Assembly: GCA_965279525.1 (NCBI GenBank)
Contig: CBDIIB010000005.1
Span: 1,727,018 to 1,791,017, forward strand
Reading direction: 5' to 3'
Origin: Tagaea sp.
Lineage (GTDB): Bacteria; Pseudomonadota; Alphaproteobacteria; CACIAM-22H2
Length of the DNA stretch: 64,000 nt
Position 1 is the stretch's first letter; each line of letters starts with the position of its first letter. A model generated the notes under the pieces. That model saw only the letters and a list, made by a program, of their open reading frames with translations. It searched no databases and was not told the DNA's origin. Shown here one piece after another: positions 1 to 10,504 of the stretch. Both the position numbers and the translations under genes were made by a program.

Positions 1-278
1 TCCTGCAGGCCATCGTCGACGTGACGCGCGAGATCGACGAGGCGCGTGCCGCCCTCCATCGCGGACAGGACGTGGCGCTCGACGGGCTCGACGGGCGCGT
101 GCGCGACCTTTGCCTGTCCACGACCGAGCTTCCGCGCGCCGAAGGGATCGCGTGCGCGGGCGCGCTCGACGGCGTGCACCAGGCCCTCGAACGGCTGCGC
201 GGCACGCTTGCCGTTTCCGCCCGGCTTGCCGGTCCGGCCGCCCGCGTTCCGCAGGGCCACACGGGCTATCCGCGATGA
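1..278 (+). CDS. 3' end of an upstream gene (partial, continues beyond window start); unknown product, possibly flagellar given context
   Basis: Open frame runs from nt 3 to the stop at 276-278 with no upstream stop inside the window. No recognisable motif. Sits immediately upstream of fliO/fliP. Confidence 0.3.
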   Translation, partial: LQAIVDVTREIDEARAALHRGQDVALDGLDGRVRDLCLSTTELPRAEGIACAGALDGVHQALERLRGTLAVSARLAGPAARVPQGHTGYPR

Positions 279-565
279 TGATGGAACCCGAAAGCCTGCT
301 GCGTTTCGCGGCCGCCCTTGCCTTCGTCGTGGCGCTGATCGCCGCGATCGCGTGGCTCGCGCGCCGCTGGATGCCGGGCGGCGTGGCGGTCTCGGCCAGC
401 AAGCGCCGGCGCCTCCAGATCGTCGAGACGCTCGCCCTCGATCCCAAGACGCGCGCGATGCTGGTACGGCGCGACGAGGTCGAGCATCTCCTCGTCGTCG
501 GTCCGCACGGTACGACGCATGTCGAGCGCGTCGAGCCGTCGCGCGCGACGTCGGAGCCGGCCTGA
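275..565 (+). CDS. fliO: flagellar biosynthesis protein FliO
   Basis: About 96 aa, starting MMMEPESLLRFAAALAFVVALIAAIAWL. Single N-terminal TM helix followed by a charged segment. Stop overlaps the fliP ATG (TGATG), the classical fliO-fliP arrangement. Confidence 0.6.
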   Translation: MMMEPESLLRFAAALAFVVALIAAIAWLARRWMPGGVAVSASKRRRLQIVETLALDPKTRAMLVRRDEVEHLLVVGPHGTTHVERVEPSRATSEPA

Positions 566-1296
566 TGCGCTTGCTGAAGGCCGCTTGCGTCTTCCTGCTG
601 GTGCTGGCGCCGCTGCCGGCGCTGGCGCAGAGCTTCAATCTCGACCTGGGCGACGGCAGTTCCACCACGGGCCGCATCATCCAGCTGATGCTGCTGATGA
701 CGGTGCTGACGCTCGCACCCTCCATCCTGATGATGGTGACGAGCTTCGTGCGCATCGCCGTCGTGCTGTCGCTGCTGCGCACCGCACTGGGCACCCAGCA
801 GGCGCCGCCCAACGCGGTGCTGACGTCGCTGGCGCTGTTCCTGACGTTCTTCATCATGGCGCCGGTCGGCGAGGTCGCATGGCGCGACGGCATCTCGCCG
901 CTGATCGACGGGCGCATCACCGAAGTCCAGGCAATCGAGCGGTCGGCGAAGCCCTTCCACGAATTCATGATCGTGCACACGCGCGAGCAGGATCTTGGCC
1001 TGTTCATCGACATCGCCAAGATCGCGGCACCCGAAACGCCCGAGGCGACGCCCTTCCGCGTGCTGATCCCCGCCTTCATGATCTCGGAGCTGCGCCGCGC
1101 CTTCGAGATCGGCTTCCTGCTCTTCATCCCGTTCGTCATCATCGACATGGTCGTGGCGGCGGTGCTCATGTCGATGGGCATGATGATGATGCCGCCCGCG
1201 ATCGTGGCGCTGCCGTTCAAGCTCATCTTCTTCGTGCTGGTCGACGGCTGGTACCTGATCAGCGGATCGCTGGTCCAGTCGTTCGGGACGGGCTAG
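565..1296 (+). CDS. fliP: flagellar type III export apparatus protein FliP
   Basis: 243 aa with cleavable signal peptide (LLVLAPLPALAQ). Conserved FliP core motifs are present: IIQLMLLMTVLTLAPSILMM, SFVRIAVVLSLLR, PFKLIFFVLVDGW. Confidence 0.9.
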   Translation: MRLLKAACVFLLVLAPLPALAQSFNLDLGDGSSTTGRIIQLMLLMTVLTLAPSILMMVTSFVRIAVVLSLLRTALGTQQAPPNAVLTSLALFLTFFIMAPVGEVAWRDGISPLIDGRITEVQAIERSAKPFHEFMIVHTREQDLGLFIDIAKIAAPETPEATPFRVLIPAFMISELRRAFEIGFLLFIPFVIIDMVVAAVLMSMGMMMMPPAIVALPFKLIFFVLVDGWYLISGSLVQSFGTG

Positions 1297-1685
1297 CGCG
1301 GCGGCAGCCGCCGGATATCGTCGTCGGGCGCATGACCTGCAGGCGGCGTGACATCTTTCATTTCCGGCTCCTGCCATCGGGCCGTCCGCATCGTCGACAT
1401 GTGGACGACCGTGGCGTTGGCCGCCGCCCGGCGCAGGACCAGGCCTGCGACCGCGATCAGCACCGTGCCGGCAAGCCAGACCCAGGCGATCAGGGCCGTC
1501 CCGAAGGCTTCGAGAAAACGCAACCCTGTCGCGACGGCACCGCCGGCCGCGGGATCGAGCACGGCTCCGGCGATCCAGCCGAGCAGGTCGCCGCCGAGCG
1601 ACACCGCCCCCCAGAAGCCGAGGCAGATCAACGTCCAGAACAGGAATCCGGCCCACGCGAAGCCGGTGAAGATTCGACCGATCAT
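1293..1685 (-). CDS. hypothetical small integral membrane protein
   Basis: 130 aa from the internal ATG (MIGRIFTGFAWAGFLFW...), with three or four predicted TM helices. Convergent with fliP and overlaps it by 4 nt. No known domain recognised. Confidence 0.45.
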   Translation of the reverse strand: MIGRIFTGFAWAGFLFWTLICLGFWGAVSLGGDLLGWIAGAVLDPAAGGAVATGLRFLEAFGTALIAWVWLAGTVLIAVAGLVLRRAAANATVVHMSTMRTARWQEPEMKDVTPPAGHAPDDDIRRLPPR

Positions 1686-1825
1686 GCAACGAATATAGGG
1701 ATGCCGGCCGCCATTCGGAAGGCAAGTCGCGAGGATTTTAGGAAATTCCGGCTGATCGCTTAACGACTTTTTCAACCTTCGGAGCCAATTTCCGCACACA
1801 TTTTTTCAACCGAAAGCACCCCCCG

Positions 1826-3796
1826 ATGAACCTCCTCGCCCGCTCCCTCGTCGTGCGCCTCATCCTGGCCATGAGCGCCATGGCGCTGCTCGCTTGCGCC
1901 ACGCTCTTCGTGATCGTCTTCGTCGACCGCATGTCGCTCGACGCGCGCACGGTCGAGCGCGACGTGATCGACAAGTATCAGGATGTCGTTGGAGAGATGC
2001 AGAGCGAGCTTTCCGTCGTGCGCGCCATCGCCGCTTCGCTCGCGCGGGTTCCGGCGATCCGCGAGGCCGCCATGTCGGGCGACCGCGCGCGCATGGCCGC
2101 GATCCTCGACCCGATCCTTGCGAGCATCCGCGAGACCTCGGGCGTGCCGATCCTTTGGCTGTCGAAGGCGCCGGGCATCGCGCTCTACCGCGCCCACGCG
2201 CCCGACGTGCACGGGGACAACGTCACCGCGCGCCGCACCACCGTCGTCGAAGCCTATCGTGACGGCAAGATGTCGGCCGGACTCGAGCCGGGAAGGGACA
2301 ACATCAGCCTGTTCGCGACCGTGCCGCTGTTCGACGGCGACAAGGCCGTCGCCGCCCTCGATGTCGGCGTCTCGCTCGCCAAGCCGTTCGCCGAACGCGT
2401 GAAGCACAAGCTCGATGCGGACATCGCCTTCCACGTCCTCGACGGCGACAAGTTCGTCACGCTCGCCAGCACGCGCGCGGACGGCACGCTGCTTTCTGCC
2501 GGTGAGATGAAGCTCGCCTTCGACGGCGAGGACCTGACGCGCCTGCCCGAGACGGGCGGCAGCCATTTCATTGTCCATGCCCGCAAGCTCGTGAACAAGG
2601 CGGGCAAGACGTTCGGCGTCCTCGAGGTCTCGCGCGACATCACCGGTATGCGCGCCGCCGCCGAGGCCGCCAAGCGCAACCTCGTGCTTGGAGCGCTTGC
2701 CGCCCTGACGCTGACCGTCGTCATCGGGTTCTTCCTGGCGCGCGGCGTCACGCGGCCGATCCTGGCATTGGCCGGCACGCTTGACACGATCGCCGCCGGC
2801 CGCACCGACATCGAGGTTCCCGGCCGCGAACGCGCCGACGAGATCGGCCGCATGGCCAAGTCGGTCGGCGTGCTGCGCGAAGGGCTGGTCGAGGTCGAGC
2901 GCCTGCGCGCCGAAGCCGCCGAAAAGGAACGCGCCACCCAGGCCAAGCGGCGCGAGGACGCGCTGAAGCTTGCCGAGACGTTCGAGCGTTCGGTCGGCGC
3001 CGTCGTCAACGAACTCAACGAATCGGCGCGGGTGCTGCAGGGGTCGGCCCAGTCGATGAGTGCCGCCGCCGAGGAAGCCAGCACGCAGGCATCGACCGTG
3101 GGTGCGGCATCCGAGCAGGCGTCGACGAACGTGCAGACGGTCGCGGCGTCGACCGAGGAGCTGTCGGCCTCGATCCAGGAGATCTCGCGCCGCGTGGCCG
3201 AGTCCGCGACGATGAGCCGTCAGGCAGTCGAAGAGGCCGCGCGCACCGGCGAGACGGTCCAGGGCCTCGTGACGCTGGCCGGAAAGATCGGCGACGTGAC
3301 CAAGCTCATCAACCAGATCGCCAGCCAGACCAACCTGCTGGCGCTCAACGCGACGATCGAGGCCGCGCGCGCCGGCGATGCCGGCAAGGGCTTCGCGGTC
3401 GTGGCGTCGGAAGTGAAGGGGCTTGCCGCCCAGACCGCCAAGGCGACCGAGGAGATCGGCGCCCAGATCGAGGCGATCCAGGCGGCATCGGCGAAGACCG
3501 TCAAGGCGATCGACGCGATCTCCGGCACGATCCGCTCGCTCGACGGGATTTCCGGAGCCATCGCGGCTGCGGTCGAGGAACAGGGCGCTGCCACGCAGGA
3601 GATCGCGCGCAACGTCCAGCAGGCCGCGACCGGGACCCAGCAGGTGACGACGACGATCGTGGGCGTGGCGCAGGCCGCGGACGAGACCGGCCGCGTGTCG
3701 GTCGACGTCAACGACCGCGCGTCGGGGCTCGCCGCACAGGCCGAACGCCTGCGCGGCGACGTGCGCACGTTCCTTGAGGGCGTGCGCGCGGCCTAA
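1826..3796 (+). CDS. methyl-accepting chemotaxis protein (periplasmic sensor, HAMP, MCP signalling domain)
   Basis: 656 aa with an N-terminal TM helix, roughly 260 aa periplasmic region, a second TM and a HAMP domain. The highly conserved MCP signalling motif [31 protein letters not shown] is present. Confidence 0.85.
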   Translation: MNLLARSLVVRLILAMSAMALLACATLFVIVFVDRMSLDARTVERDVIDKYQDVVGEMQSELSVVRAIAASLARVPAIREAAMSGDRARMAAILDPILASIRETSGVPILWLSKAPGIALYRAHAPDVHGDNVTARRTTVVEAYRDGKMSAGLEPGRDNISLFATVPLFDGDKAVAALDVGVSLAKPFAERVKHKLDADIAFHVLDGDKFVTLASTRADGTLLSAGEMKLAFDGEDLTRLPETGGSHFIVHARKLVNKAGKTFGVLEVSRDITGMRAAAEAAKRNLVLGALAALTLTVVIGFFLARGVTRPILALAGTLDTIAAGRTDIEVPGRERADEIGRMAKSVGVLREGLVEVERLRAEAAEKERATQAKRREDALKLAETFERSVGAVVNELNESARVLQGSAQSMSAAAEEASTQASTVGAASEQASTNVQTVAASTEELSASIQEISRRVAESATMSRQAVEEAARTGETVQGLVTLAGKIGDVTKLINQIASQTNLLALNATIEAARAGDAGKGFAVVASEVKGLAAQTAKATEEIGAQIEAIQAASAKTVKAIDAISGTIRSLDGISGAIAAAVEEQGAATQEIARNVQQAATGTQQVTTTIVGVAQAADETGRVSVDVNDRASGLAAQAERLRGDVRTFLEGVRAA

Positions 3797-3803
3797 CCGG
3801 CCA

Positions 3804-5741
<1,938 letters not shown>

Positions 5742-5856
5742 GGAATGGCGCCTCCGTTCGGGGCGCGGGGGACGGTATCCTTCCCGCACCTTTTGCTCTT
5801 GGATCGGTTTTAGTCCGCCCGTGCGGCCTTAGGCAAGCCGGACGGGGTGCGGCCTG

Positions 5857-6216
5857 TCAGCGCGCCGCCGGCGCGTCCGGCCATTCGACCGACGGACATT
5901 CGAGACCGCTTTCGACGATCCTGACCGCGATCGGCGACAGCCGGCGCCCCTTGCACGGGCCGGCGACGCACAGGCCGTCGTCGATTCCGAACAAGGCGCC
6001 GTGCGAGGCGCACTGGATCAGCGTCTTCGACGGATCCAGGAACACGTCGGGCTGCCAGTCGAGCGGCGTGCCGGCATGCGGGCAGATGTTGAGATAGCCT
6101 TGCACGGCTTGCCCGCGCCGGACGACGAAGAGATCGATGCGGCCGGCCCCGGCACCGAGCGTGAACCCCTTGCCGCCGGGGTCCGCGATCTCGTCGAGAC
6201 GGCACAGGACCGTCAT
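5857..6216 (-). CDS. Rieske (2Fe-2S) domain protein
   Basis: 119 aa. CPH...CxxH Rieske ligand pattern present (NICPHAG ... CASHGALF). Start overlaps the upstream EVE gene stop by 4 nt. Confidence 0.75.
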   Translation of the reverse strand: MTVLCRLDEIADPGGKGFTLGAGAGRIDLFVVRRGQAVQGYLNICPHAGTPLDWQPDVFLDPSKTLIQCASHGALFGIDDGLCVAGPCKGRRLSPIAVRIVESGLECPSVEWPDAPAAR

Positions 6217-6626
6217 GCAGGCACACCCAGCCGCTTGCAGATGGATTTCCACTCGGCCGGCGTCACGGGCTGGACCGACAGGCGCGAGAACTTGACGAGC
6301 GCCATTTCGCCAAGCTCCGGCAGCGTCTTGATCTCGGCCAGGCCGAGCGGCGTCTTTGCCGCCTGCAGCGGCGCCACGTCCACCATGAACCAGGCACCCT
6401 TCTCGGCGGACGTGTCCGGATAGGCCTCGCGCACGATTTCCATCGTGCCGACGATCTCCTTGCCGATGTTCGAATGGTAGAAGAACGCGCGGTCGCCCTT
6501 CTTCATCGCCTGCAGGTTGAGCTTGGCCGAGTGGTTGCGCACGCCGTCCCATTTGCCGCGCCCGTCGGCGACCAGCTTCGACCAGGGATAGACGTCGGGT
6601 TCGCTCTTCAGCAGCCAATACTTCAT
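6213..6626 (-). CDS. EVE (PUA-like) domain protein
   Basis: 137 aa starting MKYWLLKSEPDVYPW, the characteristic EVE-domain N-terminus. Confidence 0.75.
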   Translation of the reverse strand: MKYWLLKSEPDVYPWSKLVADGRGKWDGVRNHSAKLNLQAMKKGDRAFFYHSNIGKEIVGTMEIVREAYPDTSAEKGAWFMVDVAPLQAAKTPLGLAEIKTLPELGEMALVKFSRLSVQPVTPAEWKSICKRLGVPA

Positions 6627-6630
6627 CGAA

Positions 6631-7647
6631 CTACTCGTCCTTCAGTGGCCGGGCCAGCAGGGTGGCGATCGCGGCCGCGACGTCGGCATTCGCGTGCAGG
6701 ATCGCCTCGACGGTGCTGCAGATCGGCATGTCGACACCGAGGCGCCGCGCGAGATCGCCGACGGACGAGGCACCCTCGACGCCCTCGACGACCGCATGGC
6801 GCAGGCCCAGTTCCGGATCGTCGACGGCTTCGTGGCGTGTCTTGCCGCCGCCGATGGCGATGCCGAGGCGCATGTTGCGCGACTGGTCGTTGTTGCAGGT
6901 GAGTGCCAGATCCCCGAGGCCCGTGAGGCCCATCAGCGTTTCCGCCCGCCCGCCTTTGGCAAGCCCGAGGCGGACCATCTCGGCAAGGCCGCGCGTCATC
7001 AGGGCGGCGCGCGCGTTGTCGCCGAGCTTGCGCCCTTCGACGATGCCGCAGGCCAGCGCGATCACGTTCTTGACCGCCCCGCCGATCTGGGCACCCGCCA
7101 CGTCGTCGGACCGGTAGATGCGGAACGAAGGCGTGGCGCAGGCGGCGGCAAGCGCACTGCCAAGCGCGCCATCCGCGCAGGCGAGCGTCACGGCCGTCGG
7201 TTTGCCTTCCGCGACCTCGCGCGCGAAGGTCGGGCCGGACAGGATCGCGACCGGATTGCCGGGGGCGATCTGGGCCGCGACCTCGCTCATCAGCAGGCCG
7301 CTCACGGCTTCCACACCCTTGCTGGCCACCGCCAGCGGCACGCCTTCGGCCAGCACCGGTTCGGCCAGCGCCAGCGTCACGCGGAAGAACTGTGCGGGCG
7401 TCGCCCAGACGAGCAGGTCCTTGTCGCGTGCCGCCTCGAGGATCGCCGAAGTGGCCTGGATCGTCGGATCGAGCGGCACGCCCGGCAGGAAGACCGGGTT
7501 CTCGTGGCGCTCGTTGATGTCGCGCACCGTGGCAGGCTCGTTCGCCCACAGGGTCACGTCGAGCCCTGCGCGCGCCAGCGTCTGCGCCAATGCCGTTCCC
7601 CACGCACCCGCGCCGATGACGGCCGCCGTCTTGAATTCCTGTGTCAT
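6631..7647 (-). CDS. gpsA: NAD(P)H-dependent glycerol-3-phosphate dehydrogenase
   Basis: 338 aa. N-terminal Rossmann motif AVIGAGAWGTALA and the GpsA catalytic-region motifs are present (SKG, KNVIA). Confidence 0.9.
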   Translation of the reverse strand: MTQEFKTAAVIGAGAWGTALAQTLARAGLDVTLWANEPATVRDINERHENPVFLPGVPLDPTIQATSAILEAARDKDLLVWATPAQFFRVTLALAEPVLAEGVPLAVASKGVEAVSGLLMSEVAAQIAPGNPVAILSGPTFAREVAEGKPTAVTLACADGALGSALAAACATPSFRIYRSDDVAGAQIGGAVKNVIALACGIVEGRKLGDNARAALMTRGLAEMVRLGLAKGGRAETLMGLTGLGDLALTCNNDQSRNMRLGIAIGGGKTRHEAVDDPELGLRHAVVEGVEGASSVGDLARRLGVDMPICSTVEAILHANADVAAAIATLLARPLKDE

Positions 7648-7679
7648 GCGACCCTTCTAGCGGAAGTGCGTGCGCGCCG

Positions 7680-8147
7680 TCACGACGCGATTTTTTCGGG
7701 TTCGCCGAGGCCCGCATGCAGGGCGATCGTGCGGGCGCATGCGTGCGCTGCTTCGGTCCCCTTGGCGATGAAATGGCGCATGAGGAATTCGCGGTGCGTC
7801 TCGTGCTCGTGGAAATGATGGGGGGTCAGCACGCACGAGATGACCGGCACGCCGGTGTCGAGCTGCACGCGCATCAGCCCGTCGATCACCGCGTGCGCGA
7901 CGAATTCGTGCCGGTAGATGCCGCCGTCGACGACGAGGCCGGAGGCGACGATCGCGGCATACCGGCCCGTGCCGGCCAGGCGCTTGGCAAGCAGCGGGAT
8001 CTCGAAGCTGCCGGGCACGCGATGGATCTCGACCGCGCTTTCGGCATGGCCGTGCCGGGCGATCTCGGCGAGGAAGGCCCTGCGGCTCTGCGCCAGGATG
8101 TCGTCGTGCCAGCTGGCTTCGATATAGGCGATGTGCGGCTTGGTCAT
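7680..8147 (-). CDS. ribH: 6,7-dimethyl-8-ribityllumazine synthase, type II (RibH2-like)
   Basis: 155 aa from MTKPHIAYIEASWHDDI. Clear similarity to Brucella/Rhizobiales RibH2 (motifs GRYAAIVASGLVVDGGIYRHEFV and VLTPHHFHE). Preceded by an FMN riboswitch. Confidence 0.85.
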   Translation of the reverse strand: MTKPHIAYIEASWHDDILAQSRRAFLAEIARHGHAESAVEIHRVPGSFEIPLLAKRLAGTGRYAAIVASGLVVDGGIYRHEFVAHAVIDGLMRVQLDTGVPVISCVLTPHHFHEHETHREFLMRHFIAKGTEAAHACARTIALHAGLGEPEKIAS

Positions 8148-8244
8148 GTCGTGCTCCGTCGCGGTTCCGGTGGAACGTTCGCAAGGCGGGCGCACGGGTA
8201 TACGCGCACGCGCGTCCGCCATCGCGGACGCGTCGCGCGGAGTT

Positions 8245-8400
8245 GACCCGTTCTCTTCCATCCGGACTGTGACCGTCGGCGCCGGGATCCCACCGGCTCT
8301 GCTGACCCCGTCCGCTTTCGCGGGAACGGGCGCTCGCGGGCTGATGCGCGTCTTCGCGCAATCACCGCCGGTGGGGAATTGCACCCCGCCCCGAGAACGC
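8245..8400 (-). promoter_or_regulatory. FMN riboswitch (RFN element) in the ribH 5' leader
   Basis: Minus-strand RNA reads GUUCUCGGGGCGGGGUGCAAUUCCCCACCGGCGGUGA...AGCCCGCGAGCGCCCG...GCCGACGGUCACAGUCCGGAUGGAAGAGAACGG. This matches the conserved RFN cores (GGGGCAGGGUGAAAUUCCC, ACCGGCGGUA, GACAGU..UCCGGAUG) with a closing P1 helix GUUCUC/GAGAAC. A GC-rich hairpin (GACGCGUCCGC/GCGGACGCG) follows before the ribH RBS. Confidence 0.75.
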
Positions 8401-8431
8401 TGCCGCCCGGTGTGCCGGGCGACGGGGCGGA

Positions 8432-9481
8432 TTATGGCGGGGAAGGGGGCGTGACGGAAGCCAGTTCCTCGAGCGGCCAGCGCGGCCGGCAGGCGATGTC
8501 GAGCGGCGAGACGAGACCGAGCGCCAGGCGCTCGACGCCCGCCCACGCGATCATCGCCGCGTTGTCCGTGCAAAGGCGGATCGGCGGGGCGATAAGTGCC
8601 AGACCGTGCGCGGCCGCAACCTTGGCAAGGCGCGCGCGCAGTGCCTGGTTGGCGGCCACGCCGCCCGCGACGACAAGGTGTGCGCCTGCCGGATGCATCG
8701 AGGCGAACGCGCGCGCGGCGTTGCCGGTGCGGTCGGCGAGCGAGTCGGCGACCGCCGCCTGGAACGATGCGGCAAGATCGGCGCGCGCGCGGTCATCGAC
8801 CACGTCGCCGCGGTCGACGATCTGGCGAACGGCGGTCTTAAGACCTGCGAACGAGAAGTCGCAGCCCGGCCGGCCGGCAAGCGGGCGCGGCAAATCGAAG
8901 CGTTTGGGATTGCCGTCGCGCGCGAGCTTCTCGATCGCGGGACCGCCCGGATAGCCGAGGCCGAGCAGCTTGGCGACCTTGTCGAACGCCTCGCCGACCG
9001 CATCGTCGAGCGTCGTGCCCAGCCGCCGGTATTTCCCCACGCCCTCGACCGCGAGAAGCTGGCAGTGCCCGCCCGACACGAGCAGCAGCAGGTAGGGGAA
9101 CGGCACGTCGTCCGACAGGCGCGCGGACAGCGCGTGGCCTTCCAGATGGTTGATCGCCACGAAGGGCAGGCCGCGCGCAAGTGCGATCGCCTTGGCGAAA
9201 GTGGCGCCGACGATCACGCCGCCGATCAGCCCGGGGCCGGTCGTGGCCGCGATGGCATCGATTTGCTTCCAGTCGCACGCGGCATCGGCGAGCGTGCCGC
9301 GCACCATGTCTTCCAGATGCGCCAGATGCGAGCGTGCGGCGATCTCGGGCACGATGCCCCCGAACGGGGCGTGCTCGCGCGTCTGCGACAGCACGCGTTC
9401 GGCAAGCACGCGCCGGTCGCTGCCGACAAGGGCGGCGGCCGTTTCGTCGCAACTGGTCTCGATGCCGAGGACAAGGCGCAT
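8432..9481 (-). CDS. tsaD: tRNA N6-adenosine threonylcarbamoyltransferase
   Basis: 349 aa from [18 protein letters not shown]. Kae1/TsaD motifs present ([17 protein letters not shown]). The in-frame N-terminal extension to 9544 looks like spurious ORF extension. Confidence 0.9.
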   Translation of the reverse strand: MRLVLGIETSCDETAAALVGSDRRVLAERVLSQTREHAPFGGIVPEIAARSHLAHLEDMVRGTLADAACDWKQIDAIAATTGPGLIGGVIVGATFAKAIALARGLPFVAINHLEGHALSARLSDDVPFPYLLLLVSGGHCQLLAVEGVGKYRRLGTTLDDAVGEAFDKVAKLLGLGYPGGPAIEKLARDGNPKRFDLPRPLAGRPGCDFSFAGLKTAVRQIVDRGDVVDDRARADLAASFQAAVADSLADRTGNAARAFASMHPAGAHLVVAGGVAANQALRARLAKVAAAHGLALIAPPIRLCTDNAAMIAWAGVERLALGLVSPLDIACRPRWPLEELASVTPPSPP

Positions 9482-9574
9482 GCCGGGGGTGTAACGCATC
9501 CGGACGATGGCCGAAAGCGCCCTTGCGGCGGCCGGTGCCGGCACGCGATAAAGGATGCCGGAAGAAGGGGTTCG

Positions 9575-10504
9575 ATGACGGGCATGTTGCGTATCGGGAC
9601 ACGTGGATCACCGCTTGCGCTGTGGCAGGCGAACGAGACGAAGCGGCTGCTGGTGGCCGCCCATCCGGCACTCGCCGCCGAAGGCGCGATCGAGATCCGC
9701 GTGATCAAGACGACCGGCGACCGCATCCAGGACCGCACGCTCGCCGAAGCGGGCGGCAAGGGCCTGTTCACCAAGGAAATCGAAGAAGCGATGCTGGCCG
9801 ACGAGATCGATCTCGCCGTCCATTCGATGAAGGACGTGCCGACCTGGCTGCCCGACGGGCTTGGCATCGTCGCGATCCTCGAGCGCGAGGACCCGCGCGA
9901 CGCGCTCATCGCGGGGCCCGGCGTGTCGAAGCTCGACGACCTGCGCAAGGGGGCGGTCGTGGGGACCGCGTCGCTGCGCCGCGGCGCCCAGCTCCTTGCC
10001 CGCCGTCCCGACATCAAGATCGTGCCGCTGCGCGGCAACGTGGAGACGCGCCTTGCCAAGGTCGAGCGCGGCGAGGTCGAGGCGACGTTTCTTGCCTATG
10101 CCGGACTGCGCCGGCTGGGCAAGACCGACGCAGTGCGTGCCGTGCTCGAACCCTCCGAGATGCTGCCGGCGGTGGCGCAAGGCGCCATCGGCATCGAATG
10201 CCGGCTTGCCGACGCGCGCACGCGCGGCTATCTCGCCGCCCTCGACCATGCGCCCTCGGCCATCGCGGTCGCGGCCGAGCGCGGCCTGCTCGAACGGCTC
10301 GACGGCTCGTGCCGCACGCCGATCGGCGCGCTCGCCACGCTGGCACCTGGCGGACGGCTGCGGCTCGATGGCCTTGTCGTGCGCCCCGATGGCAGCGGAC
10401 TTCTGACGACCTCGCGCGAGGGTCCCGCCGCCCTCGCCGCCGAGATGGGCCGCGATGCGGGCGACGAGCTCAAGGGCCGTTCCGGCCCGGGCTATTTCCA
10501 GTGA
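9575..10504 (+). CDS. hemC: hydroxymethylbilane synthase (porphobilinogen deaminase)
   Basis: 309 aa from [19 protein letters not shown]. HemC motifs and the cofactor-binding Cys region ([12 protein letters not shown]) are present. Confidence 0.9.
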   Translation: MTGMLRIGTRGSPLALWQANETKRLLVAAHPALAAEGAIEIRVIKTTGDRIQDRTLAEAGGKGLFTKEIEEAMLADEIDLAVHSMKDVPTWLPDGLGIVAILEREDPRDALIAGPGVSKLDDLRKGAVVGTASLRRGAQLLARRPDIKIVPLRGNVETRLAKVERGEVEATFLAYAGLRRLGKTDAVRAVLEPSEMLPAVAQGAIGIECRLADARTRGYLAALDHAPSAIAVAAERGLLERLDGSCRTPIGALATLAPGGRLRLDGLVVRPDGSGLLTTSREGPAALAAEMGRDAGDELKGRSGPGYFQ

